This document shows positions 12,079 to 26,058 of a DNA stretch of 64,000 nt, one piece after another (the stretch's first letter is position 1; the number at the start of each line of letters is the position of its first letter). The stretch comes from Octopus vulgaris (Eukaryota), in NCBI GenBank assembly GCA_951406725.2, contig OX597828.1, positions 18,228,001 through 18,292,000 on the forward strand, in the 5' to 3' direction. A model generated the notes under the pieces. It ran no database searches and had not been told where the DNA came from. It saw only the letters and a program-made list of their open reading frames with translations. A program made the position numbers and the translations under genes.

Positions 12079-13839
12079 TATATACAAGGCCAAGAGAGGC
12101 CGATATCACATTACGGGCTCAGTTTTTATGTGAAATAGACTCAGATTTATAGGATTGCAAAAGCTACTTCAACCATTCAAATTTGGAACATGTCTTAATA
12201 GTAATATGGCTATGTCAACCGATGGACAATGCATGGTTGGAAGGCCGTGTATCTACGCTTTGTACTTGAAGTACGTCTGCGTACAGGCAAGCACTTAACC
12301 ATTAACCTGTGATGGTTAATTTTAGATGGTAGTTGTCTCCGACTTACGCATGTATTCGGTTAATGCAGTGAATTCCAAAACTACGATTTTCTATTTACTA
12401 TGCTTCATGAGAATATTTTAAAGATCTTTGCAGTTTATGTGGAAACGAATGCGTATTTCATGTGTTTTGAATCGCTTGTTAGGGTGGAAACTTAGAGAAA
12501 TACCGCCTAGCGAGTAACTGCGGGAGCTTATCGATGTGTAGGTCCGGTTTAGAATTACTTCTTCCTCAACCGATTAATCATCAATGTGCAACGCTTAAAA
12601 TTTCGTTATATATTATATGCATTCCCAACACGATGATATGGTAGAACGCAGACTGCGCACTGCTGTATTCAGCTTGAGTTTTTTATCTTGTAAAGTTCTC
12701 TCGTCGGAAAATGCTTCAGAAACGCTTCTACTAATTAATGTTGCCAGCTATGTGCTAGACCGCTCCATGTTATAATAGTGTATTAAAAGGAAGTGGTTTC
12801 AATCTAGAACAAAGCTGCACTTGAACTACTGACCGTTAACTCCTCCCTTCTGCATGACTGTTGCTAGAATTATAGCCACACCCTGATTAATCCTCGAAGA
12901 TATGCATTTCTTCGTAACTATAAAATCCCCAATTTTTTTTTTCTCACAGAATTTCTGTGGAATTTACCTATACTTGTCGAGGCAATATAGAATGCCAATT
13001 GCTCTACCACAGTAGAGAAGACAGAAGCAATGTTCAAGCGTTCCTACATCGATGTAACTATAGGTACAACTCCGAATGCCTCCTTGAGAAAAATTACTTC
13101 GAAAATGACTTGTATAGAGCTGATGCTCCAGAAACCTACGCGGCAGAGAAGAAAAGGAAAAAACGTTTATCGGCCTTAGCAAATATTACAGATCTTGCAC
13201 ATATGTTCACCCAACAGTCTAACGGCATCAGAAACTTAAATTGGGATTGAATAGATTACTCGCACCAGATGGAATATTGCCACGAAAGTAAATACATTCA
13301 GCTGAACATGTTGTAACAGCACCTTACGAAAAACAAGTATTTACTTGCTAACTTTGGATATTTAGCAAGTAAATACCCACAATCCCTAAAAACGAAGCTT
13401 TGTTTTTTCCCTCTTTTTTTTTTTTGAAGAAATCGTTAATTGTAAAATCGTTAATTTAGCAGCTGAGTACTTCGTATGCATTAAATTAACTTCCTAAATG
13501 AAAATGATTCCAGACCGACACCACTTAAGGACTGATTTATCTTCTCATACGATCCCCAGGATTCAAGACGACTCATAGGTAAATTCTAATATATAAGCCA
13601 GCCTAACGAGCGTGTTCATCTTTTTGTTGTTCGGCTGATGCGACAAAAAACCAAATTGTTAAAAATATCCATAAACACAAGATTAATAAAATATTTACCA
13701 AATTAGAATTCTATGAAATAACTCCTTCGTTTTTGCATTTAGTTTACAAGATTCTTAATGTAAACTCGGGAAGGTCATTATGCTCACAATAAGCACACGC
13801 ACTGGATCCTTTTCACTTTTATTATTATTTTTCAGTCAA

Positions 13840-14048
13840 AGGCAGCGATCTGGCAGAATCTTTAGCACGCCGGGCAAAATGCCGAAGCGGCATTTCTTCC
13901 GTCTTTACGTTCTGAGTTCAAATTCCGCTGAGGACGACTTTCATCCTTTCGGAGTCAATAAATTAAGTACCAGTGAAACACTGAAGTCGATATAATCAAC
14001 TAGTCCCCTCCCCTGAAATTACAAACCTTGTACCTTCAGCAGAAAGAA
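13840..14048 (+). mobile_element. SINE family A monomer
   Basis: Head ggcagcgatctggcagaatc, B-box, core and tail. Confidence 0.85.
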
Positions 14049-14313
14049 TTATTATTCTTTTACTCTTTTACTTGTTTCAGTCATTTGACAGTGGCCATGC
14101 TGGAGCACCGCCTTTAGTCGAGCAAATCGACCCAAGGACTTATTCTTTGTAAGCCTAGTATTTATTCTATCGGTCTCTTTGCCGAACCACTCAGTTACGA
14201 GGACGTAAACACACCACCATCGGTTGTGAAACGATGTTGGGGGGAGAAAAACACTGACACACAAACATATACACACACATACATATATATATATATATGA
14301 ATAAATAAATGGA

Positions 14314-14613
14314 GTTTAACGCAGGTGTAAATCAAATATTTTTTTACTTTTGACACATGTTTCGAAAATTCCACTGATACTATTCAAAAGAATAAATGGT
14401 ATAAACAATGCAATCTTCTCTTCGGGAAAGTGAAAAAAACGAAACTCGTCAATAAGACATTTTAGCAAAAAATGATGGATTTGTAATAGCGATTGACAGA
14501 ACGCTATTAATATTGTTTAAAAAAACGTTATATTTATTCTTTTGAATAGTATCAGTGGAATTTTCGAGACATGTGTCAAAAGTAAAAATATTTGATTTAC
14601 ACCTGCGTTAAAC
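14314..14613. repeat. Inverted repeat, arms ~84 bp (14314-14397 / 14532-14613), probably Penelope-like element derived
   Basis: gtttaacgcaggtgtaaatcaaata...caaaagaataaat and its near-perfect reverse complement. Confidence 0.9.
14346..14431 (-). ncRNA. Type I hammerhead ribozyme-like motif (variant core, probably degenerate)
   Basis: Minus strand: actttc-CCGAAGA-gaagattgcattg...cagtggaattttc-GAAAC-atgt-GUC-aaaagt. Stem II pairs at 12 of 13 positions (including G-U) and stem I at 5 of 6. Confidence 0.6.
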
Positions 14614-14760
14614 ATTTATTCATATATTATTCAAAATATTCCACGTAAACACGAAGTTTCTACCTTTATAAACAAGGAGTTACAACATCTTTACTTGTGA
14701 GATAACTATTTATCTATTTTTTCCGTGTTAATTGTTAACAAGGTAAAAATACACCCATCT

Positions 14761-14850
<90 letters not shown>

Positions 14851-15444
14851 GTCGGGTTTGTTTCAGTTTCCGTCTAGCAAATCCACTCACAAGGCTTTGG
14901 TCGGCCCGAGACTATAGTAGAAGACACTTGGCCAAGGTGCCACGCAGTGGGACTGAACCCGGAACCCTATGGCTGGTAAGCAAGCTACTAACCACACAGC
15001 CACTCCTACGCCTATTAGTAAATCCAATTAACTAATCGATTTCTCTTATACTTCATTTAAAAAAAAAATTCAAATCCCGTTTTTATTTGTAGCTCATTAA
15101 TGATAGACATATCTATATAAAAAAAAAAACCTTTAAGTATTTCATGAAACACTTTATTATAGATAAACTTCTGCTCGATTTAAAATTTTTTTCTTCACTA
15201 GTACTTATGTGTCTACAAACCCTGCACACTGGTAGATTTAAACAACCAGCTGTAAGACAACGAAACGGCAATCAATTATATATTCCATCCGATGTTTATA
15301 GCGATGAGATATAGCATCATACAGTATCTATGTTACAGCTATGCGAATGGAGTTAGCAAGATTTAAGTGCATTATCTGTCCATGGACACAACATAGAGCT
15401 CACATAACGAACAATTATGCACCTATCTATATATATTGATCAAA

Positions 15445-15490
<46 letters not shown>

Positions 15491-15629
15491 TTCTCTCTCT
15501 CTCCCTTTCTCTGTCTTTCCTGGACACACACTTTCTCTCATTACCGTCTTTGGTCTTTTTATTACTAAAGTTATGGTAAATATATGTTATCTGCAAAACC
15601 CGGGGAACGATAAAATAAGCTACGTCGGA

Positions 15630-15664
15630 ATATATATATATATACGTGTGTGTGTCTTTGTATG

Positions 15665-15698
<34 letters not shown>

Positions 15699-15767
15699 TA
15701 AGTGCATGTATGTGTATATATATATATATATATATGCATACATATATATATGCATATATATACACAC

Positions 15768-15818
<51 letters not shown>

Positions 15819-15867
15819 TATATACATATATGTATATACATATATATATATATACATACATATATAT

Positions 15868-15906
<39 letters not shown>

Positions 15907-16150
15907 GATAGATAGGTAGATAGATTAAAAAAGAGAGAGAAATATATTTATATCGATATATATATGTATATATGTGTGTGCGAGTGTATATATATATGTA
16001 TACATATATATATATATATTCACACACACATACGTATGTCTGTATATATAAATACATACATACAAACCATTAATTATGTAAACACACACACAAACACACG
16101 AGCGGGTGCATGCACACACACACACATACACACACACAAATATGTATATA
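15630..16150. repeat. (TA)n/(TATG)n/(CA)n microsatellite field
   Basis: Direct inspection. Confidence 0.95.
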
Positions 16151-16399
16151 TAATGGTGTTCTGTCGTATGTGACGCAGATGTCCCCCTCGTTAATTATTA
16201 AATTTGGTGCCGGTAGGACATCATGCCATCGTGTTTAACACCATCTTCTGCCCATACAAGCCAAGAGTGGGAATTCTCCTTAAGTAAACCATTCGGAGCG
16301 TGCTCCTAGCGAGAGGTTACAATGACCACATTGCTCACAAACACTCTTTATTTACCTCGGTACATAAAACTAAATTAACAGTTGAATCGACACCAAATA

Positions 16400-17230
16400 T
16401 ACGATGTGCATTCAAGAAGTTTGTGGCTTTTTTTGATGGGGGCAGAGGTAGTTATGGCTGTCCTAGATTGTTATAAGTTTAGTATATTTTTGTTATACCT
16501 CTAATAAGCTGATCTTTAAGCTTTTGTTGTTCCAGATTGAATGAAACAGATGAAACGGCAATTTGAACGTACCCACCTTGACACTTTTTGTCACAACTGA
16601 CTAACTTGCAGAAAGCAATCAGGATGCGAAGACAATTTGTAAGCTCACCTGGCATTGCAGTTTTGTGTTAAACTTGGTATTTCATAAGAAACTTATAAAA
16701 ATTCTCCAGAATGATTAAAATTTAACGTGTATGAGCCGAGCATCTGTTTTTCACCGGCTCAAGATGCCAAGCAAAGCAATTCGACCGGGTACCTCATGAT
16801 GATCTTGTTTTAACAGCAAGGGCGTTATCTACATCCATTGGGTTCACTCAGATTAAACATGGACTAAAGAGTAATTTGTAAGAGTTTTGAGGGAATTCGA
16901 TAAGAGAATTTGTCGTAAAATTCCAGGACATCTGCACCAAGACAATGTACCATTCCACAATTCCACTCGGGATAACCAACTATTTTACAAAGACGGGCAT
17001 CAAAACGGTCCCTCGTCTTCCCTACATCCCAGACGTTCCTCCCTCTGACTGTTGGCTGTTCTCCAAGCTGAAGAATATAAAGGAGGTTATGCCAAGGATC
17101 CTGAACGCCTTCACTTTGTAGGAGTTTCATTAGGCGTTCAATAAGTGGCTGTAGCTCTACAAGTGCATTGAAGTTTGCTACTTTGAAGGAGATCAGAGCT
17201 TTGTGCTTCTTTAAAATTAATGAATATCTC
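16400..17230 (+). mobile_element. Decayed mariner element
   Basis: Translation at about 17010-17073 gives PRLPYIPDVPPSDCWLFSKLK (mariner PYSPDLAPxDFxLFPKLK motif). TIR-like start tacgatgtgcattcaagaag. Confidence 0.75.
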
Positions 17231-17329
17231 CCCTAATAATTTATTACTACCATTTAAACTACGTAGTCTCATTAACCTACACTGATATTCAAAATGAATT
17301 AACTTTTCATTTCTGTTGGTTTCTGTTAT

Positions 17330-17780
17330 CTGAGCTATACAAGTTACACAAATCTCGTTCCAATATATGATGTTCGCGCTTTATCGAATTCCTCCCCTCC
17401 CAACCATTCATCTTTTTCTTTCTCTCTTACTAGGTTATCGGGAAATAAAGGTTTTCCTGCTACTCTGGTTCAAAATCTCCTTCACCAATTCTTCCACCAA
17501 TTCGTTTACTGATCATCGAATTCCTAAAACTACCGACAAAATTTTTCGTTATATCTCTTCCTGTAGTGAGGACAGACACCTTTCCGATCTTAATATCCGC
17601 AGTCACTTCAGTGTTCACGACTCTTTTTTGGCTCTCACACGTTCCTTACATCGATGCCATACACAAGAAAAACTTAGTCTTTTGTAATCTTCAACTCTTT
17701 ACATCTAATTTCATCCACTGTTTGATCTCTTGCATGCCTCTCTTCCCTTTTGTCTCTCCGTTACTTATCGTATGAATTGG
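17330..17780 (+). mobile_element. Possible decayed LINE endonuclease-domain fragment
   Basis: Weak similarity of HFSVHDSF to the GDFNxHH motif, with an upstream ALYRIP segment. Many frameshifts. Confidence 0.3.
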
Positions 17781-17904
17781 GTTTCTTTGTTACACATTAT
17801 CGCAGCGTGGACAGTCAGAGCACTCATCTAATTATCTATCAGCAATAATTTATCCTATTATTTGATTTTGTGCTCGCATCTCTTGGCCAATCCACGATCA
17901 ACTT

Positions 17905-18140
17905 ACCGTCACGTCTAACCAATGTCCACTGTTGTGTAGATAACAACACACGCCATTCTGCTGACTAGGTGATCAGCAGGACAACATTCCCCACCAAATC
18001 GAAAGTGGGACTTGAGCAATGTTAAATGGAGTATTTTGCTCAAGGACAACGCGCGCACTGCCCGGTCTGGGAAGCGAACCTGCCATTTAGCGATCGTAAG
18101 TAAAACAGCCTCACCACCAGCCCATGCGACTTCACACTTC
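17905..18140 (-). mobile_element. SINE family D, decayed
   Basis: ttgctcaaggacaac and the reverse tRNA head cccggtctgggaagcgaacc. Confidence 0.7.
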
Positions 18141-21100
18141 ATATATTTTCTCTAAATGAAGTTTAAATACTTTTGTTGCTTACAGAAACCGTGAAGAATT
18201 TGAATTATGCTCAGGACGTGGTTCAGGTTAAGGACACGTTGTAACGCTGCTCTCTTCTGTTTTGGAAAGCGCTTCTTAATATTTTGGAAAGTAGCATAGA
18301 TTAAGACAAGAGCTAACGTCAATTTGATTCCAGAATCTTTTTATTTCTATTTCACTTCATTGGCATCGTTAATGTATGTCTTTATTACAAATTCCTTTGC
18401 CAGAATATCAGTTTTAATGATCGGAGTGTTATGTTATTAGAATCCGGTCTCACACAAAGAGCTAATTATCAAACGTCAGTTTAACTACTTGAAACTATTC
18501 AAAGCTAGCAACAAAATATGAAGAAGGAAGAGAAGTGGTGTGAGGGAAAGATTTGGGGTGTTTTAGACATTCATTCATTTGTAAAGTTAATTACAACCTA
18601 TGTGGAGACGAATATATGACGAAGCAGTTAAGTAGTTCGATTGGCAAAATTACAGTTCCGTGTTCGATCTCGTTACATAATATCTTGGACAAGTTTCTTT
18701 CCCATAGCCTAGGAGTTCGGAATACAAAAACTGGACACGGCTGATATGACACTGACGATGTGGCACGGCTGAATGGACAATGAAACCGCTTTAGCGAAGG
18801 AATGCTTTGGCACTGGAGGTGGATATAAAAACAGACACATAAGCAGGCACAGGAGCGTACACATTAGAGAGAAAGAGGTGGGACTGCAAGCATATACTAA
18901 AATAAGTAGATACTCACACGCACAAGCACAGAGAGAGGGGGAGGCAAGAAGGAAGAGAACGAGAGAAACATTAAATTGTCTGATGTCAAATATGCGTGAA
19001 ATCAGTGATGCCAAGCAGGCGGCGCCCTAAAGACTATGCCGAAACGTCTCATAACACTCGAGGCGACCTCTTTGAATTTGTGAATGAAATCGAAGTGACG
19101 GAGGTTGTGCTGAATCCCGTCATATCAGTTTTACCTGAAATTCAACTGACCAACTTTGTCATACAGAATTACGAAGAATTACGTTAAGGGTATCCGTGTC
19201 TGTGGAATTCTCAGCCATCACGTGTTAATTTTCAATGAATAATAATGATCGGTAAATCGAGGAATGAGAATGCTCATCGTCGTTTACGACGGATGATCAA
19301 TCTAAAATAAGTAATGATGATGCATCGATAGAGAATATGTGCATGAAAAAGAAAGACCGACGCTTCATGACTGTCTAGTCAACGCTGTACTATAAACAGG
19401 TTCATGACATTTTATAAAAATACTATAAATAGGATCCGTGAATAGCTTGCAGCTCAATATTAAAAATAAGAGGCAGAAGCACTGTGTAATTGAAGAGAGT
19501 TTCTTTAGCTTGTGTTATTGAATTGAAATGCTCTCGCCACCATAGAGAAGAATAATAGAGGCGCTCGTTTTATTTGTCCTGGTGCAACCAATTTTGTTGA
19601 TCACATATGATACCAAACGTGGCCTCACTATGACTGAATGAATTCACGTGAAAGCCTAATAAAAATTGTGGAAAAGTAAATTAACTACATGTATTTTAAA
19701 CCGCCTTTCAATTGCAACAAAGACTTGAAGTCACCACACTAAATTTCGCAGCACACAAAAAGTGAGCCGAATGAGGTGGTTTTCAACGTAATGCATACCA
19801 AACATTGATTAGAATATTGATGTAATTAACAATTTCTCCGCTTGACAATTTCTTCTTTTTCTTTTTCCTGAATTGACAGGCTAAATGCAATAGAAGTCGT
19901 CATGGTAATGAATTCGTTATTAACTATATTTAGTCCTAAGCTATTTTGATTAAGTAATCATTATAATGCTATTAGAACGTGTTTCACTTCCATGATTAGT
20001 TTTCATTGATCTAGAGCTGACATATATTATCGAAAGTAGTTTACATGACGGTCAATATATTGATTAACAGCATACCCTCAGCGACAATTTCCTTGCAATA
20101 TCGGAAATAGTTCAGCACCTCTAACAATCGTTCGCTTCGGCTAGAGCTACTGGTGATTTAACGACCAAGTCACTGTGGTATTATATTCAATGCTAAAACT
20201 TCCATTGGCATAATCGTTCGGAGCGACTCATAAATGTCTAACAAAGCACAATATACAGTTTAACAATTTTGTTATTACTCACATCTTAATCAGGAGAGAA
20301 TAGTAGGTGATTTCTCCTTTTCAATGGTTCATCATGCCATAGAAATAGTACGAAAAGAGCAAGAAATGTCCAATAATATAATTCGATTTATACGAAGTTC
20401 ATTTCGACGAATAAAACAATAATATCAATAAGTTCTCTTAACAATACAATTTAATTCCGTTTTGCAAAAGCATAATGCACTAACAAAATATGTCGGTCTC
20501 TGGATGTTTAAAATGACAGACAAAAGACAGGAACGAATTTCCCAATGGGTCGCTAGGATTCTGGAGAAGAAACAGTTCTTTTATTTGCAACAAACCCCAT
20601 CAAAATGCTAGATATAGAAAACAAATTCTCAAAGGGCTGAGTATTGAAAACGAAACTACTTCAAGGCTGTTCATTAATAATCTAAATCTCGCCATTTCAT
20701 TTTCCCCCCTGTGGCGGTATTGTAGCATTACCTCGGTTTACAATAGTTCAAATTAGCCTAAAGTTATAAAGAACTATTTCATCAACCGAATAAGCTTAAC
20801 AACTGTTCATTGATACAATCCAAAGCATTTGTTATAATTTTATTCCATCATTTTCTATTCTGAATGATAATATCAACTTACGCAGAGGCTCCCTCGTTGG
20901 CTTTAACAATCTTAATTACATTTCTATTATAGAGTTAAATGCATTCCTGTTGTGATCCGATTCAGAGTCAAACACGGCGAATAATGTACTTTTGTGTCTG
21001 TTTTATTTTTTCTTTAATACTTATTACTGATCTGATGACTAACTGTAGGACACATAAGATAGCTTACACAATATCTGGCAGAAATATGTGCCGTGTTTTG

Positions 21101-21649
21101 TTGATTATATGTTTACCTGTTTTGTGTATATATTCTATTCTGGTGTAATGTACTCACGTATTACATCCATGAGGTGTGCTAATGTGTTGTATATTTATAA
21201 TGTGCCCATTTTCAATAAGCTCTTAGGGTTCATAAGGCCGAAGCTTAACGAGGTTTTCATGGTGCATAAGTGACTAACGTTGACGTTTTTCCACTCACTC
21301 GGTCCGTCACGGGCTAATCTTCCTAGTTATTGCTGGCACTTATTTACGCCTGACTGAATTACTGCAACGTATAACGATTATTTTGATTATCGACACAACG
21401 CACTGATCCTTCCGGGAATCGAAATCACGATCTTACGATCTTGAATGCAACTTGCTAACCACAAGTCTACGCACCTTCACAGTGTGCCTATTGTCTAAAT
21501 TTCATAACTGCAAGTACGTACATTGAGGGACTTGGGCATGTTCCATCGCTAAGCAACTAAGCAACAACAGCTATATAGAACTGATAACTGTCTCGTTAAA
21601 TCATTGTATTAAGTTGTTCAAATCAATAAACATGTGTAGTTACTTTTGC

Positions 21650-21927
21650 TACTCTCTTTTACTTGTTTCAGTCGAGCAAATCGATCCCAGGACTTATTCT
21701 TTGTAAGCCTAGTACTTATTCTATCGGTCGCTTTTGCCGAACCACTAAGTTAAGGGGGACGTAACCACACCGGTTGTCAAGTGATGTTGGGGAGGGGACC
21801 CACAAGGCTTTGGTCGACCCGAGGCTATAGTAGAAAACACTTGCCCAAGGGGCCACGCAGTGGGACTGAACCCTGAACCATGTGGTTGGTAAGCAAGCGA
21901 CTTACCTCACAACCACTGCTGCGCCTA
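21650..21927 (-). mobile_element. SINE family B with internal deletions
   Basis: Matches the other B copies. Confidence 0.85.
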
Positions 21928-22109
21928 CAGTTTTTTATTGTAGCCAAGAGCAGATATACTTCATATCTTTAAGAAAAGATGCATTTGCTCGACAGTTTTA
22001 CATTAGTATGTAAGAAAGCTAGTAACGTTATCTATTGGAGAATAGTAAAACGAACAGTATTTGAGCAGTGTGATATCATTGGGGCTTTTTTCCAATTATT
22101 TTTTCTTTC

Positions 22110-22950
22110 TTTGTGTTACTTGCCAGACCTGGCGTAAGGAGCATGCCCTTGCTGGACCGAATGGTTTGTTGTCTTCAACTTTAATCTTCAACATTTACAA
22201 GTCTATGACATGAGCGGGAGGGAATTTCATAGGGGGCCGAAGTCCTTGGAAGGAAGGACTAGGCGTAGTGTTTAACGGGGTGGGGCAGGTTCACATCACA
22301 AGTGCGTTGAACGGGAGGAAACGAATTGGTCAAGAGAAGTAGAGTGGTGCCGGCAAAACCCCAGGCAGCTGCGAGGTGCAGACACCAGTGTAGGAGTGAT
22401 AGCAAGGGCAGAATGAGAGAAGTCAGCGCACCCGTAGCCAAAAGGTGAATCGTGTCTGTGAATGAGTTTATACAAATCAGGTAAGTGGTCCTTTTCTGGA
22501 TGCGGTCTATGTGCTTAGCAGCGGTACTGCCACGTATGTGAGAGCAACATCCCTTTGTGGGTCTCATTTGTGCTTTTAGATTGTTAGCGTGTCAATAATT
22601 AACGGGGTCTGAAGGATCTTTTCTCGATGAACAGAAAGGACAGCAGTTGGGATATGGGGTGGGGGTGGTTGTTATGTGAAATATCTGTTTAGAGGAAGAA
22701 AAAGAAATTCTCTTTTTGAACATCATGCAGAGCGAGAAGAAATATCAACCGATTTTGGAGAATTACATGGGAGAAGTAAGCGATAGAAAGAGTTGGCGGT
22801 AAGGGAGGAATAGAGAGAGAGGTAATATTTGTTAATGAATAGGAGCAAATGTTGCTGTAAGGAGAAAAAAAAAGGAAAACAAATCATCAACAGATTTGAG
22901 AAAATAAAAACGCTGAGGGTAAGGAATAAATAACAGCGAGATACAGTATA
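22110..22950 (-). mobile_element. 3' fragment of a CR1/L2-group LINE
   Basis: Minus-strand CSHIRG...KHIDRIQKRTTYLI resembles the C-terminal YCSHIW...LDRIQxRAxRLI motif. An A-rich tail lies near 22110. Confidence 0.6.
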
Positions 22951-23173
22951 GAAATGCAAGACACATGCGTAAACATAGATAATTCTGCTTAGCTGTGCAT
23001 TACTTATAGTTTTCCAGATATACGTTTATCGTATCTGAAACTGTAAGTAATACAGATCGAAATAATGCTGATAATGCAAATATTTAACCTGCATGACATG
23101 CGCTGAGCGCTCTTTTCTATAGCTCGTATATAAGTATTTAAATACACACACACACACACACATACAAATGCCT

Positions 23174-23232
<59 letters not shown>

Positions 23233-24138
23233 GACATAGAATGTTCTTTTAAATCCCATAGGTCATTGTTGTTCTGAAAGAAAAGAAGGGCTTTTATTTT
23301 TTCTTTTCTATATTGGATATCTATCGTTCATTTGTGAATTTATCCATTAAAACTCATTTCTACAAAGAAAAATAAGTCCTAAACGCTTCTACGGTTTACC
23401 TTAAGAATCAAAACTCGATTCTGAAGCTTGATTTCCAATACTATTGAATTATTGGGCTCGCGTGAGTACATGTGCACACACGTGCGCTGGTATCTGCGCA
23501 TTATGTGTATGGATACGTTTGTGTGTGTATGTGTGTGTGTGTGTGTATGTTTATTCGTGTTTGTGCGTGCGCGTGGATTCAAAGCCATGTTGCTCTGAAA
23601 AGCTTGTAATTCGTCATCTGAAAGAGCAAATCAAATAAACGTAATAATTGACTTCTTCAAAATAACGAAACAGAAAAATGAGGCACAATTGTGAGGCAGT
23701 TGCTGGCGTCCATGAAAAGACCTCCATATTATCAAGCAAACAAAAAAAAAATAAATAAAAAACAGCAACATTAACAACAACAAACAAACTAACAAAATAG
23801 GGTTTTTTTTTTTTTCATTGTGTTCTCATCTCGTGGGTTCGAACATTTTATTTGTTATAGATTAGATCATAGGATTCATTTGAATAAAGTGCACAATCTT
23901 CGATTTTTAAAAGTAATTGTTTGATAAGGTTCACATCATTCACGAAATTACAAATCGCAAGCATTCCCATTGATGGCATCATTATCACTGTTTCTTATGA
24001 GACTCAAAAAACACTCACAATGACATTTGCACGCTGAAAAGATGACCTTTAAATGAATGACAGCCATATATATAAACACACACACACACACACATAGATA
24101 CACATATGCATATGTATACGCGTATACACATTTACTTG

Positions 24139-24178
<40 letters not shown>

Positions 24179-24561
24179 TGTGTGTATGTGTGCGTATGTA
24201 TCAAAAATATCTCGCCGTGGATTAAGCCTCATCTTCTTATCATACTTTATTTCCATTTCTCTCACGCTGACTTTTGCAAATTCTTTATTTTCGACCTTAA
24301 AGAAGAAAAAAAAAACAACAACAACAGCAACAAAATAATAAGACGAACTCGCTTTAACCATATTTTTAATGAAAATGTAAAACCTGCAACATGTGTGCAA
24401 AGACTATAACGTGAATAGGGCTTATGACATGCGGATCATCGATTATATGACCAGTTCAATAAAATTCATTGTCCTTATTTTTATAAAACACAATGGAAAT
24501 ATCTGTGCTGCCCAGGTTCCGATAACGTTGATTATATGCATTATGTGTGAGTGTGCGTGTG

Positions 24562-24592
<31 letters not shown>

Positions 24593-24593
<1 letters not shown>

Positions 24594-24839
24594 GGTGTGG
24601 GAGCAGGTGGTGTGATTTGAGGGTTGCATCGCGACCACATGATTCCGAGTTCAGTTCCTCTCACTTCGTTGTACCTTGGACTGTGTGATTTTTACAATAA
24701 CCTCGGGCCGAAAAAAAGCCTCAGATGGAAACATAGACACATAGATACATAGGCACAGGTGTGGTTGTGTGGTAAGAAGCTTGCTCCCCAACCACACGGT
24801 TCCGGGTTCAGTCCCAGTGCGAGGTACTTTCGGTATCTT

Positions 24840-24870
<31 letters not shown>

Positions 24871-25025
24871 CGATGAACTGCTTTCAGTTTCCGATTAACA
24901 AACTTATTCATAAGGTTTGGTCAGCCCGAGGCTATAGAAGAAGACTCTTGCCCAAGGTATTATGCTGTGGGACTGAACCCGGAACCATGAAAGCCAGCTT
25001 CTTACAGCACAGTCACGCATGCAGC
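24593..25025. mobile_element. Cluster of family B SINE 5' fragments (two plus, one minus)
   Basis: gttccgggttcagtccca (about 24799) and its reverse complement (about 24968). Confidence 0.75.
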
Positions 25026-25044
25026 TGTGACTGAAATACTTATA

Positions 25045-25465
25045 AGACGTTGTTCTTTTTCGAGCCATGCCTGGCTCATAAAGGAGGGTTACCCGGTTTC
25101 ATTGGCGTGTAGTTCCCCGCCTGGACGGGACACTGATCTGTCGAGTGAGTGTGAGACAGTTGTTGCGAAAGAGTCAGCAGAAGTTCGCCATTATCTTCTG
25201 CCGGAAGCCTTGGACTGTGTGATTTTTACAATAACCTCAGGCCGAAAAAAGCCTCAGATGTAAACATAGACACATAGATACATAGACACATAGATACATA
25301 GGCACAGGTGTGGTTGTGTGGTAAGAAGCTTGCTCCCCAACCACACGGTTGTTTCGCTCATAGGTGTTTCGCTCATAAAGACACAAATCGCCCGGTCTGA
25401 GATCCGAACCCGCGATCCCTCGATCGCGAGTCCGTTACTCTAACCACTAGGTCATGTGACACCAC
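25045..25465 (-). mobile_element. SINE family C variant interrupted by a local templated insertion (25208-25350)
   Basis: Head gcgagtccgttactctaaccactagg. The body resumes on the far side of the insertion at tgccggaagcct. Confidence 0.75.
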
Positions 25466-25504
25466 ACTTATATGATAAAGATAAGATATTATTTCGGCAA
25501 TGTA

Positions 25505-25720
25505 AAGCGGCGAGCTGGGAGAAACACTGGCACGCCGAGAAAAATGCTTATCGGTATATCGTCTGTATTTACGTTCTGAGTTCAAATTCCGCCGAGATCG
25601 ACTATATTTTTCATCCTTTTGGGGCTGATAAATTTAAGTATCGGTTACATACTGGGGTCGATCTAATCGACTGACTCCCTCCCTCTAAATTTCGGGTCTT
25701 GTGTCTAGAGTAGAAAAGAT
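25505..25720 (+). mobile_element. SINE family A monomer
   Basis: gcggcgagctggg, gagttcaaattccgccgag, tail cttgtgtctagagtagaaaag. Confidence 0.85.
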
Positions 25721-25829
25721 TATTTAGGTAATGCTTTGGGTAAAATACCTCACGTCATTTGTTTTGACTCATTGCACTCCGAGTTCAAAACCCGTTAAGG
25801 CCAATTTTGCATTTCAACCCTGGGTGAAC

Positions 25830-26002
25830 GACAGGCGCAGATGTAGCTGCGTGGTAAGAAGCTCGCTTCACAGCCACATGATTCCGGGGTTCATCCTACT
25901 GCGTAGAATCTTAGATGAGTGTCTTGTACTATAACCTCGGGCCGACCAAATCCTTGTGGGTTTGATTTGAGAGACGGAATCTAAAAGAAGCCCGTCGTGT
26001 AT

Positions 26003-26058
<56 letters not shown>

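Larger units (their letters stand above)
14054..15013 (-). mobile_element. SINE family B split by an insertion (about 14295-14760) in its central microsatellite
   Basis: 3' half at 14054-14280 and 5' half at 14850-15013. Confidence 0.85.
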
